A stretch of DNA of 36,652 bases from an uncultured Eubacteriales bacterium (lineage in GTDB: Bacteria; Bacillota; Clostridia; Oscillospirales; Acutalibacteraceae): contig ONPE01000005.1 of the NCBI GenBank assembly GCA_900319615.1, positions 1 to 36,652 on the forward strand, written 5' to 3'. The notes below the pieces were generated by a model. The model was not told where the DNA came from. It searched no databases and worked only from the letters and a program-made list of their open reading frames with translations. This document shows, one piece after another, positions 20,119-29,045 of this stretch. Each line of letters opens with the position of its first letter. Within the stretch, counting starts at the first letter, position 1. Both the position numbers and the translations under genes were made by a program.

Positions 20119-21480
20119 TTAACCTCCGCTTATGATCTTCCATACGTCCTTGACCGCTATGACAGCCGATAATCCGAGCAGCAGCACAAGACCGACGGCG
20201 TTGATAGCCGACTCGACCCTGCGCGGCACAGGCTTGCGGAATATCCACTCTATAAGCAGCATCAGGAACCTTCCGCCGTCAAGCGCCGGGAACGGAAGCA
20301 TATTTACTATACCTAAGTTGATGGTGATGACCATCATGATATAAACGATAGAATTGACAGCCGAGCCGAAGCCGGAGGTACGCAGACTCTCGCCTGCAAC
20401 CTCGGTTATTGCCGAAGCAATACCCACGGGACCGGACATATCGTTAAGGCTGAACTGCCCCTTGATAAGACCGATCAGGCTGCCCCATACCATGCGCACG
20501 ACAGATACCGTGGACATGAAAGTCTGGCTGATCACTGTGCCGATGTTCTTCTCGATCGGCTCGACATAAAAGTCGATCTGCAGCTGAGGAGTATCGTCGT
20601 CGGCGCTCTTTTTGACCGTGAGAAGGTCGACGTCCTTCAGCCCTACCCTGTTGCCGTCGCGGATGACGGTCATATCGGTACGGTAGCGCTGACGCTTGTC
20701 GCGTATCTCTATCTCGGGGATATCTTTAGATACCTCTTTACCGGCGGCTGTCGCCAGCTTATTATAGTAATCTGAGAAGATACTGTAAGCCGCTTCCTTG
20801 CTGTCTGTGTCGGCGATCTTTGACTGAGCCTCGTTGATCAGCTTCATCATCTCTGTGCTCTGCTCATCGGTCGTGTTTTCGTCGACGAGCTCTGCAGCAC
20901 GAACATAGAGATCGTAGGAGCAATCCTCTTTATAAACGCTCAGCTCGCTGCCGTCGACCTCGGTGACGGGCAGAGTGAACAGAGCAAACGAAAAGTCGGT
21001 AGAAGTATTCACCGCGTAACCGTTGATATCGACGATCTTATCCCCCTCCTTAAGTCCGGTAACGGCAGAGAAGGAATTCGCCGAGAACTGCGATATCGTA
21101 GTAGAAGTAAAGTTCTCCTGCGGCAGCAGAGTTATCAGCATCAGCACCAGTCCGAGCAGGATGTTCATGACTGCGCCCGCTATGATAACTATCATGCGCT
21201 TCCATATTTTCGCATTATTAAAGGCTCGGGGATTTTCGCTGTCCTCGTCCTCGCCCTCCATGGCGCAGTAGCCGCCTATGGGAAAAAGACGAAGCGAATA
21301 GGTCGTCTCCCCTTTTGTGAAGCTGAACAGCTTGGGACCCATACCCAAAGCAAATTCGTTCACCTTGATGCCGCTCTTTTTAGCGGCGATAAAATGTCCG
21401 CCCTCATGCACAAAAATAATCAGTTCAAACAGCGCTACCGCAATAATAATCAGCGCTATCGTGGTCAGTACGGTGATAAT
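20119..21480 (-). CDS. rseP: RIP/M50 site-2 metalloprotease; probable non-canonical ATT start
   Basis: HEGGH, PIGGY, GPVGI, NMLPFPALDGG. The frame stays open upstream of the listed GTG (21411) through a hydrophobic helix to ATT 21480, next to GGAG. The start position is inferred. Confidence 0.9.
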   Translation of the reverse strand: MITVLTTIALIIIAVALFELIIFVHEGGHFIAAKKSGIKVNEFALGMGPKLFSFTKGETTYSLRLFPIGGYCAMEGEDEDSENPRAFNNAKIWKRMIVIIAGAVMNILLGLVLMLITLLPQENFTSTTISQFSANSFSAVTGLKEGDKIVDINGYAVNTSTDFSFALFTLPVTEVDGSELSVYKEDCSYDLYVRAAELVDENTTDEQSTEMMKLINEAQSKIADTDSKEAAYSIFSDYYNKLATAAGKEVSKDIPEIEIRDKRQRYRTDMTVIRDGNRVGLKDVDLLTVKKSADDDTPQLQIDFYVEPIEKNIGTVISQTFMSTVSVVRMVWGSLIGLIKGQFSLNDMSGPVGIASAITEVAGESLRTSGFGSAVNSIVYIMMVITINLGIVNMLPFPALDGGRFLMLLIEWIFRKPVPRRVESAINAVGLVLLLGLSAVIAVKDVWKIISGG

Positions 21481-21492
21481 ATCATCTCCAGA

Positions 21493-22641
21493 TTAAATGT
21501 TATTATATACAAATTCCCGCGCGCGTATGTCGGCGTCGAGAACGTCGTCAAGGCAACCTGCCCTGCCGACCTTGACCTCGTCCAGCGAAGCGGATACAAG
21601 CTCGCCGATATCGAGGAAGGATATCTTGTTTTGTCTGAACAGGAGGTTCGCGACCTCGTTCGCGCCGTTGGCGACAGCCGGATAAAGACCGCCCAGCTTC
21701 ATCGCGCGCTTACACGCAGAAAGGCACTTGAAGGTCTTGTCGTCGGCGCTGTAGAATGTCATCTGCGAGAGCTTTGTCCAGTCGATCTCGGCTACAGGCG
21801 ACTCATATCTCTCGGGATAGGTGATCGCGTACTGTATCGGGATACGCATATCGGGCAGACCGAGCTGTGCGAGGATCGAGTTGTCGGTGAACTCTATCAT
21901 CGAGTGGATGATGCTCTCTCGGTGGACGACGACCTCGATATCGTCGGGATCGGTATCGAACAGCCACGCCGCCTCGATGATCTCGAGACCCTTGTTCATC
22001 ATGGTAGCAGAGTCGATGGTTATTTTTGCGCCCATCGACCAGTTCGGATGAGCGAGCGCCTGATTGACCGTTACGTCCTTCAGCTCCTCTGTGGTTTTAC
22101 CGAAGAACGGGCCGCCGGACGCAGTCAGCAGTATCTTTTTGAGAGCCTTTTGCTCAGGTGCCGCCTGCAGGCACTGGAAGATCGCGCTGTGCTCGCTGTC
22201 TACGGGCAGCAGCTTCACTCCGTTTTCCTTAACGGCGCTCATGACAAGCTCGCCGCCGGCTACCAGAGTTTCTTTATTCGCGAAGGCTATATCCTTCTTA
22301 GCCTTGATCGCTTCGAGGGTCGGAGCCAAGCCGACCATGCCGACCACGGCGTTCACGAGAACATCCGAGGAGTCGCGGCATATCTCGAGCATACCGTCCA
22401 TGCCGCTGAGTATCTTGGTTGAAGTGTCGGCGACCCTGAGTTTGAGCTCCTTCGCCTTTTCTTCATCGACGACCGCGGCGACCTCGGGCTTGAACTCGCG
22501 TATCTGCTCCTCGAGCAGGTCGATGCTGCCGTGAGCGGATAATGCCGTGATGTTTAATCCGAGCTTTCGGACGACGTCGAGCGTCTGTGTGCCGATAGAG
22601 CCTGTTGAGCCCAGTATTGAAATATTCCTGTTCTTAATCAT
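21493..22641 (-). CDS. dxr: 1-deoxy-D-xylulose 5-phosphate reductoisomerase
   Basis: LGSTGSIG, ANKETLV, PVDSEHSA, HPNWSMG, TMMNKGLE, PDMR. Confidence 0.97.
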   Translation of the reverse strand: MIKNRNISILGSTGSIGTQTLDVVRKLGLNITALSAHGSIDLLEEQIREFKPEVAAVVDEEKAKELKLRVADTSTKILSGMDGMLEICRDSSDVLVNAVVGMVGLAPTLEAIKAKKDIAFANKETLVAGGELVMSAVKENGVKLLPVDSEHSAIFQCLQAAPEQKALKKILLTASGGPFFGKTTEELKDVTVNQALAHPNWSMGAKITIDSATMMNKGLEIIEAAWLFDTDPDDIEVVVHRESIIHSMIEFTDNSILAQLGLPDMRIPIQYAITYPERYESPVAEIDWTKLSQMTFYSADDKTFKCLSACKRAMKLGGLYPAVANGANEVANLLFRQNKISFLDIGELVSASLDEVKVGRAGCLDDVLDADIRAREFVYNNI

Positions 22642-22661
22642 AGATCAATTATTTTAATAAA

Positions 22662-23477
22662 TTATAAACAAAGATAAAAGAATCTTGAGAAAATATAGAC
22701 TACCGGTATACAGAATACGACCGAATCGAAGCGGTCGAGCAGACCGCCGTGACCGGGCATTATCGAACCGAAGTCCTTGATCTTACAGCTTCTCTTCAAT
22801 ACCGAGAAGGTAAGATCGCCGAAGATGGAAACTACCGAGTTGATCACGCCGACTATCAGAATAATGCCGTAGTACATGGTGACGTTGCCGTAGATCAGCT
22901 TGAAGATCAAGCCGATCAGCAGGGCTGTCAGAGTACCGCTGATAACGCCGCCTACAGCGCCCTCTACGGTCTTGTTGGGGCTGATCTCGGGACACAGCTT
23001 ATGCTTGCCGAAGTAGTTGCCGACGAAGTACGCGCCGCTGTCCGCAAGCCATGGTATACCGAGCGTCAAGACTAACCAGAACGCCGTGTGACTGCTGTCC
23101 TCCCAAACGATGATATTAAGCGCCGAGAGCGATACCGAAAACAGAACTACTCCGAATACCGAGAACAAAACATCCTCGGTGCCGATGGTCTTGTGGAACA
23201 CGACCGACAGCACGCACATACCGAAAACGAACAGGAACAGCGGTATCATCCACGCCTTAGTCATCGACAGCATGGGTATCAGCACCGCGAACACCAGACA
23301 GGGTATGAACAGCTTCATATCCTTGTTCAGTTTCTTTGCGGAAAGATATTCTCCGCAAAGCAGAACGTTGACCAACGCGAGCGCTATAGTCACTATTATG
23401 CTGTAAAACGAGCCTAATATGATCAGAGTGATCGCTATCACCGTGGCGATGCCCGCTGAAATCAATCTCGTTTTCAT
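22662..23477 (-). CDS. cdsA: Phosphatidate cytidylyltransferase
   Basis: DSGAYF, SPNKTVEG, KDFGSIMPGHGGLLDRFDS; ATG 23477 chosen for its spacing from GGAGG. Confidence 0.95.
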   Translation of the reverse strand: MKTRLISAGIATVIAITLIILGSFYSIIVTIALALVNVLLCGEYLSAKKLNKDMKLFIPCLVFAVLIPMLSMTKAWMIPLFLFVFGMCVLSVVFHKTIGTEDVLFSVFGVVLFSVSLSALNIIVWEDSSHTAFWLVLTLGIPWLADSGAYFVGNYFGKHKLCPEISPNKTVEGAVGGVISGTLTALLIGLIFKLIYGNVTMYYGIILIVGVINSVVSIFGDLTFSVLKRSCKIKDFGSIMPGHGGLLDRFDSVVFCIPVVYIFSRFFYLCL

Positions 23478-23507
23478 CTCCATCCTCCTAACAACAGACC
23501 TTTTTGC

Positions 23508-24254
23508 CTATACTCCTCCGAAGCGGCGGTTGCGCTTAGCATATTCTATAAGCGCGGCGTCGAGGTCTTTTTCTTTAAAATCAGGCCAGAGCACATCCAT
23601 GATTACATACTCGGCATATGCGCTCTGCCACAAAAGGAAGTTCGAGGTGCGGTTCTCACCGCTGGGTCTGATGATCAGATCGGGATCGGGCTCCCCTTTG
23701 GTATACAGATGATCCGAGACCATCTGCTCGTCGATATCGTCGGGCTTGACGGTACCGTCGGCGACCTTTTGCGCGATATCGCGCATGGCGTGTATCATCT
23801 CGGCTCTGCCGCCGTAGTTCATGGCGATGTTGAGCACCATGCCGTCGCGATCCTTCGACTCAGCCTCGTTCTCCTCCATCAAAGCGAGCAGATCCGGCGA
23901 GAATGCCGAGCGGTCGCCGAGAAAGCGCAGCACTATGCTGTCGTCCTTGAAGTCGCGGATAGCCTCCTGCAGATACTGCTTGAACAGCTTCATCAGCGCG
24001 TCGATCTCGTCCTTGGGGCGGCGCCAGTTCTCGGTAGAGAAGGCGTATACCGTCAGATAGCGGATGCCGATGTCGCTGCAGTAGCGGGCGATCTTGCGGA
24101 AAGTCTGTGCGCCTGCGGTGTGACCTGCGGAACGCGGGAGCCCGCGCTTCTTCGCCCAGCGACCGTTGCCGTCCATGATTATGCCGATGTGCTCGGGCAG
24201 GACGATATCTGAGAGCGTAAGCTCCTGAGGCAGTTTCTTTTTGAAAATAGCCAT
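23508..24254 (-). CDS. uppS: Undecaprenyl diphosphate synthase
   Basis: IIMDGNGRWA, YAFSTENW, NYGGR, RPSGENRTSNFLLWQ. Confidence 0.97.
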   Translation of the reverse strand: MAIFKKKLPQELTLSDIVLPEHIGIIMDGNGRWAKKRGLPRSAGHTAGAQTFRKIARYCSDIGIRYLTVYAFSTENWRRPKDEIDALMKLFKQYLQEAIRDFKDDSIVLRFLGDRSAFSPDLLALMEENEAESKDRDGMVLNIAMNYGGRAEMIHAMRDIAQKVADGTVKPDDIDEQMVSDHLYTKGEPDPDLIIRPSGENRTSNFLLWQSAYAEYVIMDVLWPDFKEKDLDAALIEYAKRNRRFGGV

Positions 24255-24310
24255 TATCTTTCTCCTGAAAGAGTTGATTTTTTAACTGTATCTAAACAAT
24301 TGGATGCGCC

Positions 24311-24406
24311 TTTTAGATCCGTCGATTAACAACGTAAAAGATCCATGCTTTTTGACCAGACAGTTAACATCTTAAAAGATCCATGCAGTTTTGACCCGCC
24401 GTTAAT
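24311..24406. repeat. Degenerate 38-bp-period tandem repeat in the frr-uppS spacer
   Basis: TAAAAGATCCATGC at 24335 and 24373; TTAA at 24326, 24364 and 24402; TTTTGACC at 24350 and 24389. Confidence 0.8.
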
Positions 24407-24457
24407 CAAGGAAAGTAAAAGTATTACGTTTCAAAAGGCGGACAAGAGATGCGCGCA

Positions 24458-25012
24458 TCAGATTTCCATGATCTCTTTCTTTTTCCTGTCGGCGATATCG
24501 TCGATCTCCTTGATGAACTTATCGGTGGATTTCTGGACTTTCTTCTCGCCTTCCTTGAGATCGTCCTCGGTGAGCTCGCCGCTCTTCTTCATAGCCTTGA
24601 GCTTCTCGATGGTATCGCGGCGGACGTTGCGAACCTGGACCTTGCTGTCCTCGGCGATATGAGCGATATCCTTGGCGATCTCTTTACGCTTGTCCTCGGT
24701 GAGGGGCGGGAATATCAGGCGGATGATCTTGCCGTCGTTCTGGGGATTGATACCGACGTCGGACATCTGGATAGCCTTCTCGATAGATCTGAGAGAGGAA
24801 GCGTCGTAGGGCTGGATGACCAGAGTCCTCGCCTCGGTGACGGAGATCGAAGAGAGCTGGTTGATCGGAGTAGGTACGCCGTAGTAATCGACGGTGATCT
24901 TATCCAGTACGGCGGGGTTGGCTCTGCCGGCGCGGATAGACTTGTACTCGTCTACCAGATGGTCGATGCGGCGCTGCATACGCTCGTCGTTCTTCTTTAA
25001 TACTTCTTTCAT
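24458..25012 (-). CDS. frr: Ribosome recycling factor
   Basis: 184 aa; IRAGRANP, DYYG, NPQNDG, PPLTE, VRNVRR. Confidence 0.97.
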   Translation of the reverse strand: MKEVLKKNDERMQRRIDHLVDEYKSIRAGRANPAVLDKITVDYYGVPTPINQLSSISVTEARTLVIQPYDASSLRSIEKAIQMSDVGINPQNDGKIIRLIFPPLTEDKRKEIAKDIAHIAEDSKVQVRNVRRDTIEKLKAMKKSGELTEDDLKEGEKKVQKSTDKFIKEIDDIADRKKKEIMEI

Positions 25013-25039
25013 GAGAAATCCTCCTTTATATGAAATAAA

Positions 25040-25747
25040 TCAGTTTGTTACAAGTGTGCCGACCTTGGTGTCGCATACCGCGTCGTAGATATTCTGCGGA
25101 TCTCTGATGCTGAATACCATCAAGCCGATATTGTTGTCCTTGCAGATAGCGGCGGCGGTAGAGTCGATGACCTTAAGATCCTTCTCCAAGACCTCCTGGA
25201 AGGAGAGCTGATCGTACTTAACGGCGTCGTCGAAGGTGTTGGGATCCTTGTCGTACACGCCGTCGACCAGAGTGGCTTTAAGGATGATCTCGGCGTCGAT
25301 CTCGGCAGCTCTGAGAGCAGCGGCGGTATCGGTCGAGAAGAAGGGATTACCGGTGCCGCAGCCGAAGATGACGACCCTTCCCTTTTCCAGATGGCGGACA
25401 GCCTTGTTGCGAAGATACGGCTCAGCCACCTGACGCATGGTGATGGCGGTCTGTACGCGGACGTCCACACCGATCTGCTCGAGGGCGTCGGCGATGCCGA
25501 GGGCGTTGATCGCGGTAGCGAGCATACCCATGTGATCTGCTCTGGTGCGATCCATATCGCCGCTCGTCCTGCCGCGCCAGAAGTTGCCGCCGCCTACGAC
25601 GATGCCGACCTGAACGCCTTCATCGACGAGGCGCTTGATGGGCTGGCAGTAGTTCAGAACAGTGTCGAAGTCGATACCGTGCTTGTTTGCTCCGGCAAGG
25701 GATTCGCCGGATAATTTCAGTAAAATTCTCTTGTATTTAGGTTTCAT
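25040..25747 (-). CDS. pyrH: UMP kinase
   Basis: [34 protein letters not shown]; ATG 25747 after GGAGTG. Confidence 0.97.
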   Translation of the reverse strand: MKPKYKRILLKLSGESLAGANKHGIDFDTVLNYCQPIKRLVDEGVQVGIVVGGGNFWRGRTSGDMDRTRADHMGMLATAINALGIADALEQIGVDVRVQTAITMRQVAEPYLRNKAVRHLEKGRVVIFGCGTGNPFFSTDTAAALRAAEIDAEIILKATLVDGVYDKDPNTFDDAVKYDQLSFQEVLEKDLKVIDSTAAAICKDNNIGLMVFSIRDPQNIYDAVCDTKVGTLVTN

Positions 25748-25783
25748 GCATATCACTCCATATTAGCTTTCATAATTATATAT

Positions 25784-25812
25784 ATTTTACTACAAAAGCA
25801 ATCTTTTGTAAA
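25784..25812 (-). promoter_or_regulatory. Putative sigma-A promoter of pyrH, overlapped by an 8-4-8 inverted repeat
   Basis: Minus strand: TTTACA (25812-25807), 17-nt spacer, TAAAAT (25789-25784). TACAAAAG-caat-CTTTTGTA at 25791-25810. Confidence 0.55.
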
Positions 25813-25934
25813 GTCAATATGCACAAAAGTTGTTCGGATAATGCTACAAATATTCGTCGTCAAATTCTACGATAATACCAAAAGATACCCTGTTACTAAC
25901 GATTACAAGCACAGATCCATGCAGAACCATAATT

Positions 25935-25964
25935 AAAAAAGCGGAAGCAGTTGCCTGCTTCCGC
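25935..25964 (-). terminator. Intrinsic terminator after tsf
   Basis: 10-bp perfect stem GCGGAAGCAG / CTGCTTCCGC, 4-nt loop, U6 on the minus strand. Confidence 0.88.
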
Positions 25965-25979
25965 AATAAAAGAGCCGGA

Positions 25980-26903
25980 TTATTTTACCATGCTTGCGAC
26001 TTCTGCAGCGAAATCGTCCTGGCGCTTCTCGATGCCTTCGCCCTTCTCGAAGCGGATGAACTTCTTGATAGCGATGGAACCGCCGAGCTTCTTGGCTGTA
26101 GCCTCGGTGTACTTGCCGACTGTCAGGGAGCTGTCCTTTACAAACTCCTGATCTACAAGGCAGTTCTCCTTGTAGTACTTGCCGAGCTTACCGCTGACGA
26201 TCTTCTCAAGAACCTGCTGGGGCTTGTTAGCCATCTTGGGGTCGTTCTTCATCTGCTCGACCATGATGTTCTTCTCATGCTCGATAACATCAGCCGGAAC
26301 CTCTGCCTCACAGAGATAAGGAGTGTTCAAAGCGGCGATCTGCATAGCAACGTCCTTGCCGTATGCAACGAACTCGGGGCTTGCAGCGTCGATGTCGGTG
26401 TCGAAATTTACGAGAACGCCGATCTTGCCGCCTGCGTGTACATATGCTACGCAAGCGCCGTCGACCTTCTCAAAACGGCGGATCTGGATGTTCTCGCCGA
26501 TGGTGAGGACCTTCTCCTGCAGGAGCTCGGCAACGGTCATGTCGGAGCCCTCTGCCTTAGCAGCGAGGAGAGCCTCTACGTCAGCCGGATCCTGAGCCAT
26601 AACTGTCTGAGCGCAGGTATTTACAAAAGCCTGGAAATCAGCGTTCTTGGCAACGAAGTCGGTCTCAGCGTTGACCTCGATAACAACGCCCTTGGTGTTG
26701 GTATCGTTTGTGATAGCGAGGGCGATACCCTCGGCAGCGATACGGTCAGCCTTCTTAGCCTGCTTAGCCAGACCCTGCTTTCTTAATACGTCGATAGCGG
26801 CTTCCATGTCGCCGTTAGCTTCGGTGAGAGCCTTCTTGCAGTCCATCATGCCGCAGCCGGTCTTCTCACGAAGAGCCTTTACATCCTGAGCTGTAAATGC
26901 CAT
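25980..26903 (-). CDS. tsf: Elongation factor Ts
   Basis: LREKTGCGMMDCKKAL, EVNAETDFVA, IGENI.IRRF; start ATG 26903. Confidence 0.98.
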   Translation of the reverse strand: MAFTAQDVKALREKTGCGMMDCKKALTEANGDMEAAIDVLRKQGLAKQAKKADRIAAEGIALAITNDTNTKGVVIEVNAETDFVAKNADFQAFVNTCAQTVMAQDPADVEALLAAKAEGSDMTVAELLQEKVLTIGENIQIRRFEKVDGACVAYVHAGGKIGVLVNFDTDIDAASPEFVAYGKDVAMQIAALNTPYLCEAEVPADVIEHEKNIMVEQMKNDPKMANKPQQVLEKIVSGKLGKYYKENCLVDQEFVKDSSLTVGKYTEATAKKLGGSIAIKKFIRFEKGEGIEKRQDDFAAEVASMVK

Positions 26904-26975
26904 ATAAATCAAATCCTTCCTAAATTATTATAAATCGTCGGGAGGAGCAAGCCCCTCCCATACAAAATGATATTA

Positions 26976-27716
26976 TTACTCTTCTACGATATCAGCGGCG
27001 TCGGCTTCCTCGGTCTGAGCGGCAGCGCCCATCTGACCTTCCTTGCCCTCGATGATGGCGTTAGCCATAGCGCCGGAGATCAGCTTGACGGCACGGATAG
27101 CGTCGTCGTTGCCGGGGATGATGTAATCAACGTCGTCGGGATCGCAGTTTGTATCAACGATAGCTACGATCGGGATACCGAGCTTCTTAGCCTCTGCTAC
27201 GGCGATCTTCTCTTTTCTCGGGTCAACGATGAAGAGAGCGCCGGGCATCTCGGTCATATCCTTGATACCGCCGAGGAACTTCTCAAGCTTCTCGATCTCG
27301 AGGTTGAGCTTGATGACTTCCTTCTTGGGCAGAAGATCGAACGTACCGTCCTCTTCCATAGTGCGGAGCTGCTTTAAGCGGGCGATCCTTCTGCGGATGG
27401 TGGTGAAGTTGGTGAGCATGCCGCCCAGCCATCTTGCGTTTACATAGTAAGCGCCGGCACGGGTAGCCTCGTCCTTGACGGACTCCATAGCCTGCTTCTT
27501 TGTGCCTACGAAGAGCACGTTCTTGCCTTCCATAGAGATCTCTCTTACGAAGTTGTACGCTTCCTCGAGCTTAACGACGGTCTTCTGCAGGTCGATGATG
27601 TAGATACCGTTGCGCTCTGTGAAGATGTAGGGAGCCATCTTGGGGTTCCATCTTCTTGTCTGGTGGCCGAAGTGTACGCCTGCCTCCAGAAGCTGTTTCA
27701 TAGAAACTACTGCCAT
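26976..27716 (-). CDS. rpsB: 30S ribosomal protein S2
   Basis: [42 protein letters not shown]. Confidence 0.99.
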   Translation of the reverse strand: MAVVSMKQLLEAGVHFGHQTRRWNPKMAPYIFTERNGIYIIDLQKTVVKLEEAYNFVREISMEGKNVLFVGTKKQAMESVKDEATRAGAYYVNARWLGGMLTNFTTIRRRIARLKQLRTMEEDGTFDLLPKKEVIKLNLEIEKLEKFLGGIKDMTEMPGALFIVDPRKEKIAVAEAKKLGIPIVAIVDTNCDPDDVDYIIPGNDDAIRAVKLISGAMANAIIEGKEGQMGAAAQTEEADAADIVEE

Positions 27717-27825
27717 AGTGTTTACCTCCTTAGGTTAAAACCTCCGTTGCGGCTGTAATTTTGACAGGACAGCAGAATCATCACGATCCTGCACCCTACT
27801 GTCAAGCCGTCAACGTGCGTAGTGC
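27717..27825 (-). promoter_or_regulatory. rpsB (S2) autoregulatory leader RNA, putative
   Basis: The leader reads ACGCACGTTG...TTGACAG-TAGGGTGC...CTGTCAA...CAACGGAGGTTTTAACC. It has a long stem with the CAC / GGGUG / GGAGG..UAACC elements typical of S2 leaders. Confidence 0.65.
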
Positions 27826-27831
27826 CTGAAT

Positions 27832-27860
27832 ATTTTACCACAAAGAAAAAAAGAAATCAA
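27832..27860 (-). promoter_or_regulatory. Sigma-A promoter of rpsB-tsf
   Basis: Minus strand: TTGATT (27860-27855), 17-nt spacer, TAAAAT (27837-27832) with TGn. Confidence 0.75.
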
Positions 27861-27890
27861 GCATTTTTCAAAGGAAAACGCTTGATTTCT
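27842..27890 (-). terminator. Terminator of the hydrolase gene, overlapping the rpsB -35 box
   Basis: AGAAATCAAGC / GCTTGATTTCT stem with a minus-strand U-tract. Confidence 0.7.
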
Positions 27891-27918
27891 CAAGATTTTT
27901 TCAATTAATACCGGTCAA

Positions 27919-28806
27919 TCAGGCAAAATCAAAATATCTGACATAACCGTAGGAGCAAACATACACCTGAGACTCGTGCCAGGGGCTGGAGCAGAGGTTG
28001 CTCGCATAGAACACGCGGATGCTGTGCTGTACTGCGGAACCGCCCTGATCGAAGATGTAGTTTACAACATCCTTAGCAGTCTGAGACGGTGTGATAGATG
28101 TAGAGCCGTAGTAGCCGTTGTCTATCAAAAGCTGTCTGATGCTGCTGTAGCTGCCGTTTACATAGGTATCTCTGATGCACTGTGCGACAAGAGCCATGCC
28201 CTCAAAGCCCTGGCTGCCCGCTTCGCCCATCAGGATGCGCTCGGTGATATCTCTGTCATCATCGCTGAGATATACCACACAGCCTGTGTAGGAATAGTCG
28301 GGGTTGTCGATGGACATCAGGAATTCCGATGAACCGGAATACGCCGGATAGGAGTAATCATAACTCTCAGATTCGCCGGAAGAGCTTGAAGCGCTCTCGC
28401 TGTTGGATGAGGAGCTGTTGTCAGTGGAGGTCGATGCAGAAGATGAAGAAGAAGAACCTGTGCTGACAGAACCCGGGTTACCGAACGCGACCGCTGTCGC
28501 GACTCTGGTGCCCTCGGTAGCTGCAGTAGCTGCTTCCTTAGCTGCAGCCTCCTGGATCGCGAGCTGCTCGCTCACTACCTCGGCTGCCTCTTTTCTTGCT
28601 GCGTCGATGATATTAGCTCTCTGTGCAAGGAGCTTATCCTCGGCTGAAATTATATTCACACTGTCTTTGGTTGCGGTTTCTGTTTTATTGGTATCACTTG
28701 CTGCTCCTACACCCGGTGCGAGAATCAGAGAGAAAGACGTAAGCAGTGCTGCGCACAAGCTTATCGAGACTATCCGACGTACAAATCGAATCGTTTCTGT
28801 ACTCAT
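27919..28806 (-). CDS. Secreted or anchored cell wall hydrolase (SleB/Hydrolase_2-like C-terminal domain)
   Basis: Signal-like N-terminus, Ala-rich helix, Ser-rich linker; LSDDDRDITERILMGEAG...GMALVAQCIRD resembles the SleB catalytic Glu helix. Confidence 0.7.
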   Translation of the reverse strand: MSTETIRFVRRIVSISLCAALLTSFSLILAPGVGAASDTNKTETATKDSVNIISAEDKLLAQRANIIDAARKEAAEVVSEQLAIQEAAAKEAATAATEGTRVATAVAFGNPGSVSTGSSSSSSASTSTDNSSSSNSESASSSSGESESYDYSYPAYSGSSEFLMSIDNPDYSYTGCVVYLSDDDRDITERILMGEAGSQGFEGMALVAQCIRDTYVNGSYSSIRQLLIDNGYYGSTSITPSQTAKDVVNYIFDQGGSAVQHSIRVFYASNLCSSPWHESQVYVCSYGYVRYFDFA

Positions 28807-28892
28807 AATTCTGCCTCCTTTAAATAGTAGTTATCGGTGATCCGATATGAAAATGGCGCAACAATCAGTATTGTCGCTTCATTTCGTGTCTT

Positions 28893-28941
28893 ATTAAACC
28901 ATAAATTCGCAAGAATTGCAAATCTGTTACTTTTGTGTTTT
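28893..28941 (-). promoter_or_regulatory. Putative sigma-A promoter of the hydrolase gene with an adjacent WalR-like box
   Basis: Minus strand: TTGCAA (28921-28916), 17-nt spacer, TTTAAT (28898-28893). TGTTAC-N5-TGTTTT at 28925-28941 on the + strand. Confidence 0.5.
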
Positions 28942-29045
28942 AATTCTAAAAAAGAATCATAAACGTCTTTTATTTCGATTTTGGCATATTATTTTAGAAA
29001 TTATGTACATAATCAACAATATTATGTAGTGCAATTTGCCATGCC

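Noticed and set aside
24311-24406. Mini-CRISPR array
   Set aside because: The 38-bp period leaves no room for a repeat plus a unique spacer, the intervening parts resemble each other, and no cas genes are nearby.
28360-28470. Ser-rich low-complexity tract as a DNA repeat
   Set aside because: Mixed Ser codons with no nucleotide periodicity; an ordinary flexible linker.
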